64,000 bases of DNA from an uncultured delta proteobacterium (GTDB taxonomy: Bacteria; Myxococcota; Myxococcia; Myxococcales; Anaeromyxobacteraceae). Below, in pieces: positions 42,693 to 53,306 of the stretch. The stretch lies in the NCBI GenBank assembly GCA_963845515.1, contig CAWJSR010000006.1, positions 32,001-96,000 on the forward strand, in the 5' to 3' direction. Numbering within the stretch: position 1 is the first letter of the stretch; every line of letters starts with the position of its first letter. Made by a program: the position numbers and the translations under genes. The notes beneath the pieces are model-generated. The model saw nothing but the letters and a program-made list of their open reading frames with translations, was not told where the DNA came from and did no database searches.

Positions 42693-42780
42693 TTATGGAT
42701 CGAGCGGTTCGATAGAGGCGAGCGGCTCCCCCTTTCGCGCACGTTCCCAGTCGTCGGCCAGTTCCGCGCGCCACGGAACA
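42693..42780 (-). pseudogene. C-terminal remnant of a DUF4160 toxin gene
   Basis: RAELADDWERARKGEPLASIEPL directly upstream of DUF2442; no recognisable N-terminal part. Confidence 0.7.
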
Positions 42781-42786
42781 TCTTCC

Positions 42787-44450
42787 CGGCCATCCTGCCG
42801 GAGGCCTCCGTCGTGCGTTGCGCCCCCTCCACGAGGATCGCTTGCGCGCGAGAAGCGGCTCATCACGCGGGGCCCTCCCCCGCGCGTCCGCTGAGTCGTC
42901 CACCGGTCTCGCCCGCCGCCGCGCTGCGCCGCGGTTGCCGGTCCCTGATGGGTTTCACTCAGAGAGGACTTGACACGAGCCTCGCCGAATCGCGCGCTCA
43001 GTGGAGGCCGCCATCGGAAACGCGCGCCAGAACGCGCCTGGTGACCTACAGGCTTCGCGGAGAGGTTGCGTGCGGAGGCAGAAGGCCCCGCCACGGAAGA
43101 CGCGCCAGCGGCTGAATGCGTGCGTTTACGGAGGGTGTGAGTTCGCATGAGACACTTCATGCATGGACACCTCACGTGAGCTCGCCTCTCGACTCGCCTT
43201 CCTGCTCCGCCGCGAGCAGGGGGCGATGGCCGACTTCCTCATCGCCCTCGCCGACTTCGATCGCCGCCGGCTGTGGCTCGGGCTGGGCTACACCAGCCTC
43301 TTCTACTTCCTCCACCGCGAGCTGAAGCTCTCCGCCGGCGCGGCGTTCCACCGCAAGAGCGCGGCCGAGCTCCTTCAACGCTTCCCGGAGGTGGTCGAGC
43401 CGCTCAGGGACGGGCGGCTCTGCCTTTCGAGTGTGGTCGAGCTTCTCCAGGGTGATCACGCCGGAGAACGTGGCGGAGGTCCTGCCCCGGTTCTTCCACG
43501 CGTCGAAGCAGGAAGCGAAGGCCGTGGCGGCCGAGCTTGCGCCGCGAGAGCTCCTCCCGCAGCGAGTGGTGGTGACCGCAGTGGCGCAGGCGCAGGCACA
43601 GGCAGCGGCGAGCCTTCCGACGGCGCTACCGCCGGCGCCAAGTGCGGCGGCGCTCAGCAGGTCGTTTCACCTGGATGAAACGCGCGCGCTTCCCGCCTCC
43701 GAGGCCGCGCCGGCGATGCCGCCCGCCCCAAGTCCGTCTACCCCTCGCTCCACCATGGAGCCCCTGACGGCCGACCTTCGCCGGCTGCACGTCACGGTGT
43801 CGAAGAAGTTCCTCGAGAAGGTGGAGGCGGCGGGGGACGCGCTCTCGCACTCACATCCGGGGGCTGACCTGGAGGCCATCCTGGAGGAGGGGCTCGACCT
43901 CGTCATCGAACGGGCGGCCAAGCGGAGGGGGATGGTGAAGCGGCCCCGCCCTCAGCGGCTCCCCGCCACGGTGGTCGAGAAGGGAACGGAGAATCCGCGG
44001 GGCATTCCGGCGGCCGTGAAGCGGGAGGTCTGGCTCCGCGACGGCGGGCGCTGCCAGTGGCCGACGTCTGATGGGAGCGTCTGCGGCTCGACCCACCGCG
44101 TCCAATTCGACCACGTCGTCCCGGTGGCGCACGGAGGGAGGTCCACCGTCGGTAATCTCCGCCTCGCATGTTCCCAGCACAATGATCTCGCCGCGCGCCA
44201 GGTGTTCGGCGACGCGTGGATGGACCAGTTCACCCGCGGCGCCCGGCTAGCGCCGCTCCCCGGCGCTCCGGAATGAAGGAGGGGCGCTTCGACGACGCGA
44301 CCGGTGAGGGCGGGGCGATCGTCGAGCTGCTGTGCGGGCTCGTGACGGCGCCGCACCGACGAGCCCTCCCCGTGATGAGCCGCTTCTGGCGCGGTGACGA
44401 TCCTCGCGCGGCCGCGCGACGCGTGACGGAGGCCGACGGTCCGCCGGCCG
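42787..44450 (+). mobile_element. Putative HNH element bounded by ~80-bp imperfect inverted repeats
   Basis: Reverse complement of 42787-42867 aligns with 44371-44450, with exact blocks CGTGATGAGCCGCTTCT, CGATCCTCG and GACGGAGGCC. Confidence 0.65.
43163..44276 (+). CDS. DUF222-like/HNH endonuclease; frameshift near 43445
   Basis: LGYTSLF.FL..EL.LS N-domain; VWLRDGGRCQW..C...QFDHVVPVAHGG.S...NLRLAC..HN. Confidence 0.88.
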
Positions 44451-44458
44451 TCCGCCCC

Positions 44459-46095
44459 TCACACCAGCGCCAGCAGCACCTGCACCAGCAGGATCTTGGC
44501 GATCGTCGCGACCGGGTAGACCGCCGCGTAGCCGAGGTGCGGGATCTCGTTCTTCGTCTGCTCCACGGCGAAGCCGAGGACGGCGGGCTGCGTGTGGATG
44601 CCGGCGACCATGCCGATGGCGAGGCTCAGCGGGATGCCGAGCAGCCGGTGGGCCGCCCAGAGCCCCACGAAGGCGGTCGTGAAGGTGATGGCCGCGCCGG
44701 CGGCGAAGAGGAGCGCGCCTCCTCCGCTCGCGAAGGTCTGCAGGAAGCCCTGCCCCGCGCGCGTGCCGATGCCGGCGAGGAAGAGGACGAGCCCGATCTG
44801 GCGCAGCGTCGTGTTGGCGCCCCACGGGAGGTTCCACAGCAGCGGCCCGGTCCGCTCGATGGTCCCGAGGACGAGCGCCACCATGAGCGGTCCGCCGGCG
44901 AAGCCGAGCGACACGTGCGCGCCGCCCGGGAGGGGGATGGGGAGGGCGCCGAGCAGGAGGCCGAGCGCGAGCCCGAGCCCGAAGGTGAGCACGTCCACCT
45001 CGCTCGCGGCGCGGTACGAGTCGCCGAAGAAGGCGCCCACCTCGGCGAGGCGGCGCACCGGCGCGAGGATCCGGACGCGGTCCCCCATCTCCAGCTTCAT
45101 GTCGTCGGACGGGAGCAGCTCCACGTCCCCGCGCCGCACCCGCGTGACCACCGCGTCGAAGCGGCGTTCGAGGTCGAGCTCGCGCAGCGGCCGCGCCGCC
45201 ACCTCCGCGTTCGAGACGAAGACCCGCCGCAGGTCGAACTCGCTCCGATCGAGGTCGATCCCCTCGTCGATGGTCTCGCCCAGCCGCGCGGCGACGCGCG
45301 CCAGCTCGCTCGCGGTGCCGACGACGGTCACGAGGTCCGCCTCGGCGCAGCCTGGTCTCGTGCGTCACGAGCCCCGTGACCCCGTCGCGCTGGAGCCTCC
45401 CGAAGATGACGCGCCAGCGCAGCCCCCTGACCAGCTCCTCCACCGCGAGCGCCCCGACGTCCTGCGTTGACGCGGATGGTGATGTTGGCGAGCGGCTCGT
45501 TCGCCGCCCCCAGCTCGGCGAGCTGCGCCCCCTCGCCCGAGAGGTCGGCCCGGAAGACCCGCAGCCCGAGGAGGACGGCCAGGATCACGCCGACGACCCC
45601 CATCGGGTAGGCGACGGAGTAGGCGACGACCGGCGACGACAGCATGGCGCCGAAGCCCATCTGCTTGAGGGTCTCGATGGCCGCCGCGAGCGCCGGCGTG
45701 TTGGTCAGGCTCCCGGCGAAGAGGCCGGAGGCGACGGAGGCGTCGAGCCCGAGCACCTTCGCGAGCGCGAACGTGAGCGCGGTGGCGAAGACGAGCACCC
45801 CCACCGCCATCGCCCCCTGCCGAAGCCCATCCCGCCGCAGCGCGGCGACGAAGGCCCGGCCGTTCGCGAGCCCCACCGTGTAGACGAAGATGGCGAGGCC
45901 GAGCATGTAGACGATCTCGGGGAGGGCCAGCCGGGGGTCGAGCGCGCCCGCACCCAGCCCGACGAACAGTACGGCCGCGACGCCCAGGCTGGAGCCGCGC
46001 ACCCGTAGCTGGCCTATCGGGTAGCCGATGGCGGCGACCAGGAAGAGCAGGACGAGCGGGTTGGCCGCGAGGAAGCCGAGGATGGAGGAGCCCAT
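44459..46095 (-). CDS. AspT/YidE/YbjL-family transporter with TrkA-C domains; frameshifts near 45460 and 45340
   Basis: GLAIFVYTVG, GSLTNTPAL, YSVAYPMG, GIHTQPAVL, YAAVYP. Confidence 0.88.
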
Positions 46096-46262
46096 TACGG
46101 CCCGCGTCGCGCGGGCCGGACCATCGTAGACCCCCGTCACCGGCGCTGCGACCGGGTGCACCGCACGGCCCCTCCTGAGTCGCGACCACCCAGGGTCGGG
46201 CGCGACGCCGGGACGCGCCTTGTCCACGGGCGAAAGAATGACGATCTTCGTGCGAAGTACAG

Positions 46263-46278
46263 TGGCGCAACCTATGCA
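46263..46278 (+). promoter_or_regulatory. Possible sigma54 -24/-12 promoter
   Basis: TGGCGC-AACCT-ATGCA with GG-N10-GC spacing. Confidence 0.35.
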
Positions 46279-46285
46279 GAACCGC

Positions 46286-46525
46286 ATGACGATGGCACCC
46301 GACACCTACCGGCCGAACGTTCGCCGTCGCTCCGACGGCATCGTGCAGATCCACGTGCTCCGCGCCCCGGCCTTCTCGCTCGGGGCGCTTCGGACGCTCG
46401 GGCTCGGGGCGGTGGGCGTGTCGCTCCTCGCGGCTACGCTCCTGGCGACCCCGTTCTGGCTCGCCTGGAACGCGCGTCACACGGCTCAGGGACGCGGCGT
46501 TGCATCGCATATGCTGGGTAAGTGA
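46286..46525 (+). CDS. Small hypothetical membrane protein
   Basis: One hydrophobic segment; stop overlaps the next GTG start. Confidence 0.4.
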   Translation: MTMAPDTYRPNVRRRSDGIVQIHVLRAPAFSLGALRTLGLGAVGVSLLAATLLATPFWLAWNARHTAQGRGVASHMLGK

Positions 46526-46953
46526 CCGGCGGCGTTCCAGAAGAGCTGAGGCACCTCCCCGCTTTCCACTACGCCCTCGCCGCGTTCACCGCGGTCGTGA
46601 CGGCGCTGGGAGCCCTCCCCATCGCGGCCGGGTGGCAGGCGCTCGGCCGCTCGGCCCTCTTCGCAGAGGCGAACGCGGAGGCCGGGCTCGCTCCACCATC
46701 CTTCGGTGGCTGGCTCTTCCTGGTCGGCGGTGCGCTCGCCATCCTGCTCGGGACGTCCCTGGCCGCTGGTTTGTTCGTGGCCGGTCGGTCAATCGCGCGA
46801 CGCCGGCGTCATACCCTGTGCGTGACCGTCGCGATGGCGGCGACCTTCTTCTTCCCGCTCGGGACCCTCCTCGGGTTCCACACCATCAACTGCCTGTCCA
46901 CGCCGGCGGCGCTGAGGGCGTTCGGGCTGGAACCGGGCCCCCCGGCTCGCTAG
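46522..46953 (+). CDS. Hypothetical membrane protein
   Basis: HL...FHY, FPLGTLLG..T...L pattern; 3-4 TM segments. Confidence 0.65.
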   Translation: MTGGVPEELRHLPAFHYALAAFTAVVTALGALPIAAGWQALGRSALFAEANAEAGLAPPSFGGWLFLVGGALAILLGTSLAAGLFVAGRSIARRRRHTLCVTVAMAATFFFPLGTLLGFHTINCLSTPAALRAFGLEPGPPAR

Positions 46954-46965
46954 CATGCCCCGCCC

Positions 46966-48220
46966 ATGGCCAACACCCTCCCCGCCGAGGCGCCCGCGAA
47001 GGGCGCCGGCTCCGTCCTCAGCGCCGCCGTCATCGTCGCGGCGCTCGGCTACTTCGTCGACATCTACGACCTGATCCTCGTCTCCATCGTGAGGAAGCCC
47101 AGCCTCGCCGCGCTGGGCGTGCCGGCGGACCAGCTCCTCACCGAGGGCTTCTCGATCCTCAACTGGCAGATGGGCGGGATGCTCATGGGCGGGATCCTCT
47201 TCGGGATCCTCGGAGACAAGAAGGGGCGGCTCCAGATCCTCTTCGGCTCCATCACGCTCTACTCGCTCGCCACGATCGCCAACGGCTTCGTCCAGGACCT
47301 GACGACGTACAAGCTCCTGCGCGTCGTCGCCGGGTTCGGCCTCGCCGGAGAGCTCGGCGCCGGCATAACGCTCGTCTCGGAGCTGCTGCCGGCGAAGCTG
47401 CGCGGCTACGGGACCATGATCGTGGCGTCGGTCGGCGTCTCCGGGGCCGTGGTCGGGAACCTCGTGGCGAAGCTCCTGGACTGGCGCTGGGCCTTCTGGG
47501 TCGGCGGGATCATGGGGCTCATGCTCCTCGTCCTGCGGATCCGGGTCCACGAGTCGGGGATGTTCGCCAACGTGAAGGCGTCGGGGGTCAAGCGGGGTGA
47601 CTTCTTCTCCCTCTTCACCAGATGGGAGCGCTTCACCCGCTTCCTGGCCTCGATCCTGATCGCGGTGCCGATCTGGGTCGCCAACGCCATCCTCGTCCTG
47701 GGGTCGCCGGAGTTCGCCCAGATGCTCGGCGTCACCGGCCCGATCTCCGCGGGCGACGCCGTGATGCTCTTCTACGGCGGCCTCGTCGTGGGCGACGTGT
47801 CGAGCGGCGTCCTCTCGCAGGTGATCGGGAGCCGCAAGAAGGTGGTGGTGTCCTTCCTCTCGATGCTGGTCGTCTCCTACGGGCTCTACTTCCTGCTCGG
47901 CCGCGGGGCGTCGCCGGCGCGCTTCCTCGGCGCTCGTGGGGCTGCTCGGCGTGACGAGCGGCTACTGGGCGATCTTCGCGACCGTCGCCGCCGAGCAGTT
48001 CGGCACCAACATCCGCGCCACGGTCGCGACGACGGTCCCCAACTTCGTGCGGGGGCTGGTGGTGGCGGTGACGCTCAGCTTCGCGTGGCTCAAGCCCAGC
48101 CTCGGCCTCGCCGGCGCCGCGCTGGCCGTCGGGGCCTTCTGGTTCGTGCTCGCCTTCTGGGGCGCGCTGCGGCTGCGCGAGACCTTCGGCGTGAACCTCG
48201 ACTACGTCGAGGCGGACTGA
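46966..48220 (+). CDS. MFS transporter; frameshift near 47930
   Basis: AALGYFVDIYDL, GDKKGR, AGELGAG, AEQFGTNIRAT. Confidence 0.92.
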
Positions 48221-48223
48221 CCG

Positions 48224-48742
48224 ATGTCCATGTACGTGGTCGACGTCGAGTCGGACGGCCCGTGCCCGGGCAAGCACTCGATGGTCTCCTTCGGCGCGGT
48301 GCGCGTCGATCCGTCGCTCTCCGTCACGTTCCGCGGCCGCGTGCGCCCCGTCTCGGAGGTCTGGGTGCCGGAGGCGCTCGCCATCTCCGGCGTCACCCGC
48401 GCCGAGCACCTGGGCTACGACGAGCCGGCGGCGGTGATGGAGGCCTTCGAGCGCTGGGTGCTCGAGACGTCGAAGGGGAAGCCGGTCTTCTTCTCCGACA
48501 ACCTCGCCTTCGACTGGCAGTTCATCAACTACTACTTCCACCAGCAGCTCGGCCGGAACCCGTTCGGCTGGAGCGGCCGGCGAATCGGCGACCTCTACTG
48601 CGGCATGGTGAAGGACGGCTTCGCGACCTGGAAGCACCTCCGGAAGACGGCCCACGACCACGATCCGGTCAACGACGCGAAGGGGAACGCCGAGGCGATC
48701 CTCGCGCTGGTCGAGATGGGGCTGAAGCTCCCGCTGCGGTAG
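48224..48742 (+). CDS. DEDDh 3'-5' exonuclease
   Basis: VDVESDG, N.AFDW, HDPVNDA. Confidence 0.82.
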   Translation: MSMYVVDVESDGPCPGKHSMVSFGAVRVDPSLSVTFRGRVRPVSEVWVPEALAISGVTRAEHLGYDEPAAVMEAFERWVLETSKGKPVFFSDNLAFDWQFINYYFHQQLGRNPFGWSGRRIGDLYCGMVKDGFATWKHLRKTAHDHDPVNDAKGNAEAILALVEMGLKLPLR

Positions 48743-48755
48743 AGTCCGCGCCGCG

Positions 48756-49355
48756 ATGATCCCGTTCACGCAGGGCGCGGCCCTCGGCCTCTCAGGAGCG
48801 CTGTCTCCCGGGCCGCTGCAGGCCTACATGCTCGCGCAGGCGGCGAGGCGCGGCCCGTGGCGGACGCTCCCGATCGCGCTCGTCCCGCTGGTCACCGACC
48901 CGATCATCATCGCGACCGTGCTCGCCGTCCTCTCGCGGGTTCCGGCGTCCTTCCTGCGGGCGCTGCACGTCGGGGGTGGGCTCTTCGTGATCTGGCTCGG
49001 GATCAGCGGCCTGCTGGCGCTGCGCCGCCCCGCCGGCGCCCCCCCGGCGCACGAGCCGCCGGTCGGCTTCGTCCGGGCAGCCTTCGTCAACCTCACCAAC
49101 CCGAACGCCTGGATCTGGTGGAGCGTCGCCGGCGGAGCGTCGCTCACCACCGCGTGGAGGGCGTCGCCCGCGCAGGGGTTGGCCTACCTGGGTGGCTTCT
49201 ACTCATGCCTGGTCGGAGGCAACGCACTCCTCATCGTCCTCTTCGGCGAGGTCGGGAGGCTCGGCCCGCGGGCCGCGCGCGTCCTGACCGCCGTCTCGGC
49301 CGGCCTGCTCCTCCTCTTCGGCACCTTCCAGCTCGTGAAGGGGATCGCCGGCTAG
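48756..49355 (+). CDS. LysE-family exporter
   Basis: SPGP, NLTNPNAWIWW; about 6 TM segments. Confidence 0.88.
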   Translation: MIPFTQGAALGLSGALSPGPLQAYMLAQAARRGPWRTLPIALVPLVTDPIIIATVLAVLSRVPASFLRALHVGGGLFVIWLGISGLLALRRPAGAPPAHEPPVGFVRAAFVNLTNPNAWIWWSVAGGASLTTAWRASPAQGLAYLGGFYSCLVGGNALLIVLFGEVGRLGPRAARVLTAVSAGLLLLFGTFQLVKGIAG

Positions 49356-49357
49356 CC

Positions 49358-50170
49358 ATGGCTCCGACCCTCACCGTCGTCACCGTCTGCCGCAACGACC
49401 GCCCGGGGCTGGAGCGGACGCTCGCGTCCATCCGCGCGCAGACCTGGCGCGACTTCGAGGTGGAGCTGGTCGACGGCGCCTCCACCGACGGCACCGCCGA
49501 CTACGTCCGGGGGCTCTCCGAGCCGTGGCTGCGGGCGACCTCCGAGCCGGACGCCGGGATCTTCGACGCGCAGAACAGGGGCTGGCGCCGGGCGCGCGGG
49601 ACCTGGTGCCTCTTCCTGAACGCCGGCGACGCGCTCGCCGCACCCGACGCGCTCTCGCGGGTGTTCCAGGCGAGCCCCACCGAGGACCTCGTCGTCTGCG
49701 ACCTGCTGCGCGAGTGGCCGACGCGCACGCGGCTGCTGCGCTTCCCCGATCGGATCGGGCTCGCCTACCTCCTGAAGGGCGCGCTCCCGCACCCGTCGAC
49801 GCTGATCCGGCGCGACCTCATCGACCGGGTGGGACCCTACGACGCGTCCCTCCGGATCGCGGCCGACCACGACTTCTTCTTCCGGGCGCTCGTCGTCGCG
49901 GGCGTCAGCGTTCGCCACCTGGCGATCCCGCTCTCCATCTACGCGATGGGCGGGATCTCCTCGAACCCGAAGACGGACGCCGTCAAGCGGGTGGAGCGCG
50001 AAGGCATCCTGAGGCGCTACCTTCCTCCGCTCGTCGTGGAGTACGTGGAGGAGCAGCGTGCGCTACGGGAGCGGCGGCTCTCCCGCCGGGCACGCGCCCT
50101 CCTCCGCCCCTTCGGGCGGGCGCTGCGCGGTCTCTCGCGGAGGCTGCGCGGGCTCCCCGTCGAGGGCTAG
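49358..50170 (+). CDS. Glycosyltransferase family 2 (WfgS-like)
   Basis: VDGASTDG, SEPDAGIFDA.N, FLNAGD, IAAD. Confidence 0.9.
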   Translation: MAPTLTVVTVCRNDRPGLERTLASIRAQTWRDFEVELVDGASTDGTADYVRGLSEPWLRATSEPDAGIFDAQNRGWRRARGTWCLFLNAGDALAAPDALSRVFQASPTEDLVVCDLLREWPTRTRLLRFPDRIGLAYLLKGALPHPSTLIRRDLIDRVGPYDASLRIAADHDFFFRALVVAGVSVRHLAIPLSIYAMGGISSNPKTDAVKRVEREGILRRYLPPLVVEYVEEQRALRERRLSRRARALLRPFGRALRGLSRRLRGLPVEG

Positions 50171-50224
50171 GGCGCCGGCCGCCACCTTCCGGTGTGCGCC
50201 GTACCGCGGTAGAACCCCGGCGTC

Positions 50225-51352
50225 ATGGCTCGCACCACCCTCCGCCGCGTGAAGCGGCTCGTCGTCAAGGTCGGCACCGGCACCCTCACCGACGCCACGG
50301 GCCACTTCGATCGCGAGAACTGCGCCCGGCTGGGCCGGGAGCTGGCCGAGGCGTCCCGAGGCCGGAAGCTCGTCCTCGTCACCTCCGGCGCCATCGCGCT
50401 AGGAGCGGAGCAGCTCGGGCTGGTCCGGTCGAAGGGTCGGCCGTGGGACATCCCCACCAAGCAGGCCTGCGCCGCGGTCGGCCAGCCCCACCTCATGGCC
50501 GCCTGGGGCGAGGCCTTCGCGCCACACGGGCTCAAGGTCGCGCAGCTCCTCCTCACCGCCGACGACGTGGCCAACCGGAAGCGCTTCCTGAACGCCCGCA
50601 GGACGTTCGAGCGGCTGTTCGAGGCGGGCGTCGTCCCGGTCGTGAACGAGAACGACACGGTGGTGGTCGACGAGATCAAGGTCGGGGAGAACGACACGCT
50701 GGCCGCGCTCGTCGCGGGCTGCGTCGAGGCGAGCCTCGTCGCGATGCTCACCGACGTGGAGGGGCTTTACGACCGGGACCCATCCAGGCCGGGCGCGCGG
50801 CTCCTGGCCGACGTCGCGAAGGTCACCGCCGAGGTCGAGCGGGTCGCCGGCGGCGCAGGCTCGCTCCAGTCGACGGGCGGAATGGCCACGAAGGTGCGCG
50901 CGGCGAAGCGGCTCGCCGCCCAGGGGGTGGTGACGGCGCTCCTCTCGGGACGGCGCAAGGGGGCGCTCGCGGCGCTCCTCGCGGGGGAGAACGTCGGGAC
51001 GGTCTTCGCCGGCGAGGCGGAGCGGCTCACCTCGCGCAAGGGCTGGCTCGCCGCCGCCGCCAGGGGGAAGGGGATCATCCTCGTCGACGCCGGCGCGAAG
51101 CGCGCGCTGGTCGAGGGCGGGAAGAGCCTGCTCCCCTCTGGCGTGAAGGCGGTCGAGGGGGCGTTCGGCGTCGGCGACCCGGTGGACGTCGCCGTCGACC
51201 CCGCCCGCCCGTTCGCCCGCGGCCTGGCCGGGTACGGTGCCGACGAGGTCAGGAGGATCGCGGGGCTCAAGACGAGCGAGATCGAGCGCGCGCTCGGGTA
51301 TAAGTACCTCGACGAGGTCGTCCACCGGGACGACATGGTCCTGCTGGACTGA
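50225..51352 (+). CDS. proB: Glutamate 5-kinase with PUA domain
   Basis: VVKVGT, AAVGQ, NEND, TGGMATK, VHRDD. Confidence 0.97.
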   Translation: MARTTLRRVKRLVVKVGTGTLTDATGHFDRENCARLGRELAEASRGRKLVLVTSGAIALGAEQLGLVRSKGRPWDIPTKQACAAVGQPHLMAAWGEAFAPHGLKVAQLLLTADDVANRKRFLNARRTFERLFEAGVVPVVNENDTVVVDEIKVGENDTLAALVAGCVEASLVAMLTDVEGLYDRDPSRPGARLLADVAKVTAEVERVAGGAGSLQSTGGMATKVRAAKRLAAQGVVTALLSGRRKGALAALLAGENVGTVFAGEAERLTSRKGWLAAAARGKGIILVDAGAKRALVEGGKSLLPSGVKAVEGAFGVGDPVDVAVDPARPFARGLAGYGADEVRRIAGLKTSEIERALGYKYLDEVVHRDDMVLLD

Positions 51353-51370
51353 GAGCGGAGCCCTCCCCGA

Positions 51371-52660
<1,290 letters not shown>

Positions 52661-52673
52661 GGCGAGGAGAACG

Positions 52674-53291
52674 ATGGCGACGAAGAAGAAGGCACCGACG
52701 AGGAAGTCGTTCGTTAAGAAGGGGCCTGCCAAGGGGCCGTTCGTGAAGAAGGGGCCGGCCAAGAAGGGGCCGGCGAAGAAGGGGCCGAGGAGCGGGAGCC
52801 CCAAGGGCGTCTTCAAGGGCGGCTACAAGAAGGGGCCCGCCAAGGGAATCCCTGCCGGGCGCAAGACGCCGGGCGGGAAGGGGCCGGTCCGCAAGGCAAC
52901 CGCGCCCAGGGCGGCGCCGCGTCCGGCGCCCGCGGCGGACCGTCCGGATGCGAGCCGCCCGCTGGCGCTCGCCATCGCGAAGGCCGGCCTGGACAAGAAG
53001 GCCGAGGACGTCCTGCTGCTCGACGTCCGCGGGCTCACGAGCTACGCCGACTACTTCGTGGTGATGACCGCCGACAGCGACCGGCAGGCCGGCGCCATCG
53101 CCGACCACGTCGAGAGCGAGATGAAGGACGCGGGCGTCACCAAGGTCGGCGTCGAGGGGTACGAGACCGGCCGCTGGATCCTCGTCGACTACGGGGACGT
53201 GGTCGCGCACGTCATGAACAAGGAGGCCCGCGAGTTCTACGACATCGAGGGGCTCTGGGCCGACGCGCCGCGCACGAAGATCGCGGATTGA
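52674..53291 (+). CDS. rsfS: Ribosome silencing factor with Lys/Gly/Pro-rich N-terminal extension
   Basis: DKKAED, DYFV, WILVDYGDVVAHV, REFYDIEGLW. Confidence 0.95.
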   Translation: MATKKKAPTRKSFVKKGPAKGPFVKKGPAKKGPAKKGPRSGSPKGVFKGGYKKGPAKGIPAGRKTPGGKGPVRKATAPRAAPRPAPAADRPDASRPLALAIAKAGLDKKAEDVLLLDVRGLTSYADYFVVMTADSDRQAGAIADHVESEMKDAGVTKVGVEGYETGRWILVDYGDVVAHVMNKEAREFYDIEGLWADAPRTKIAD

Positions 53292-53306
53292 ACGCAGGCG
53301 CGCGCG

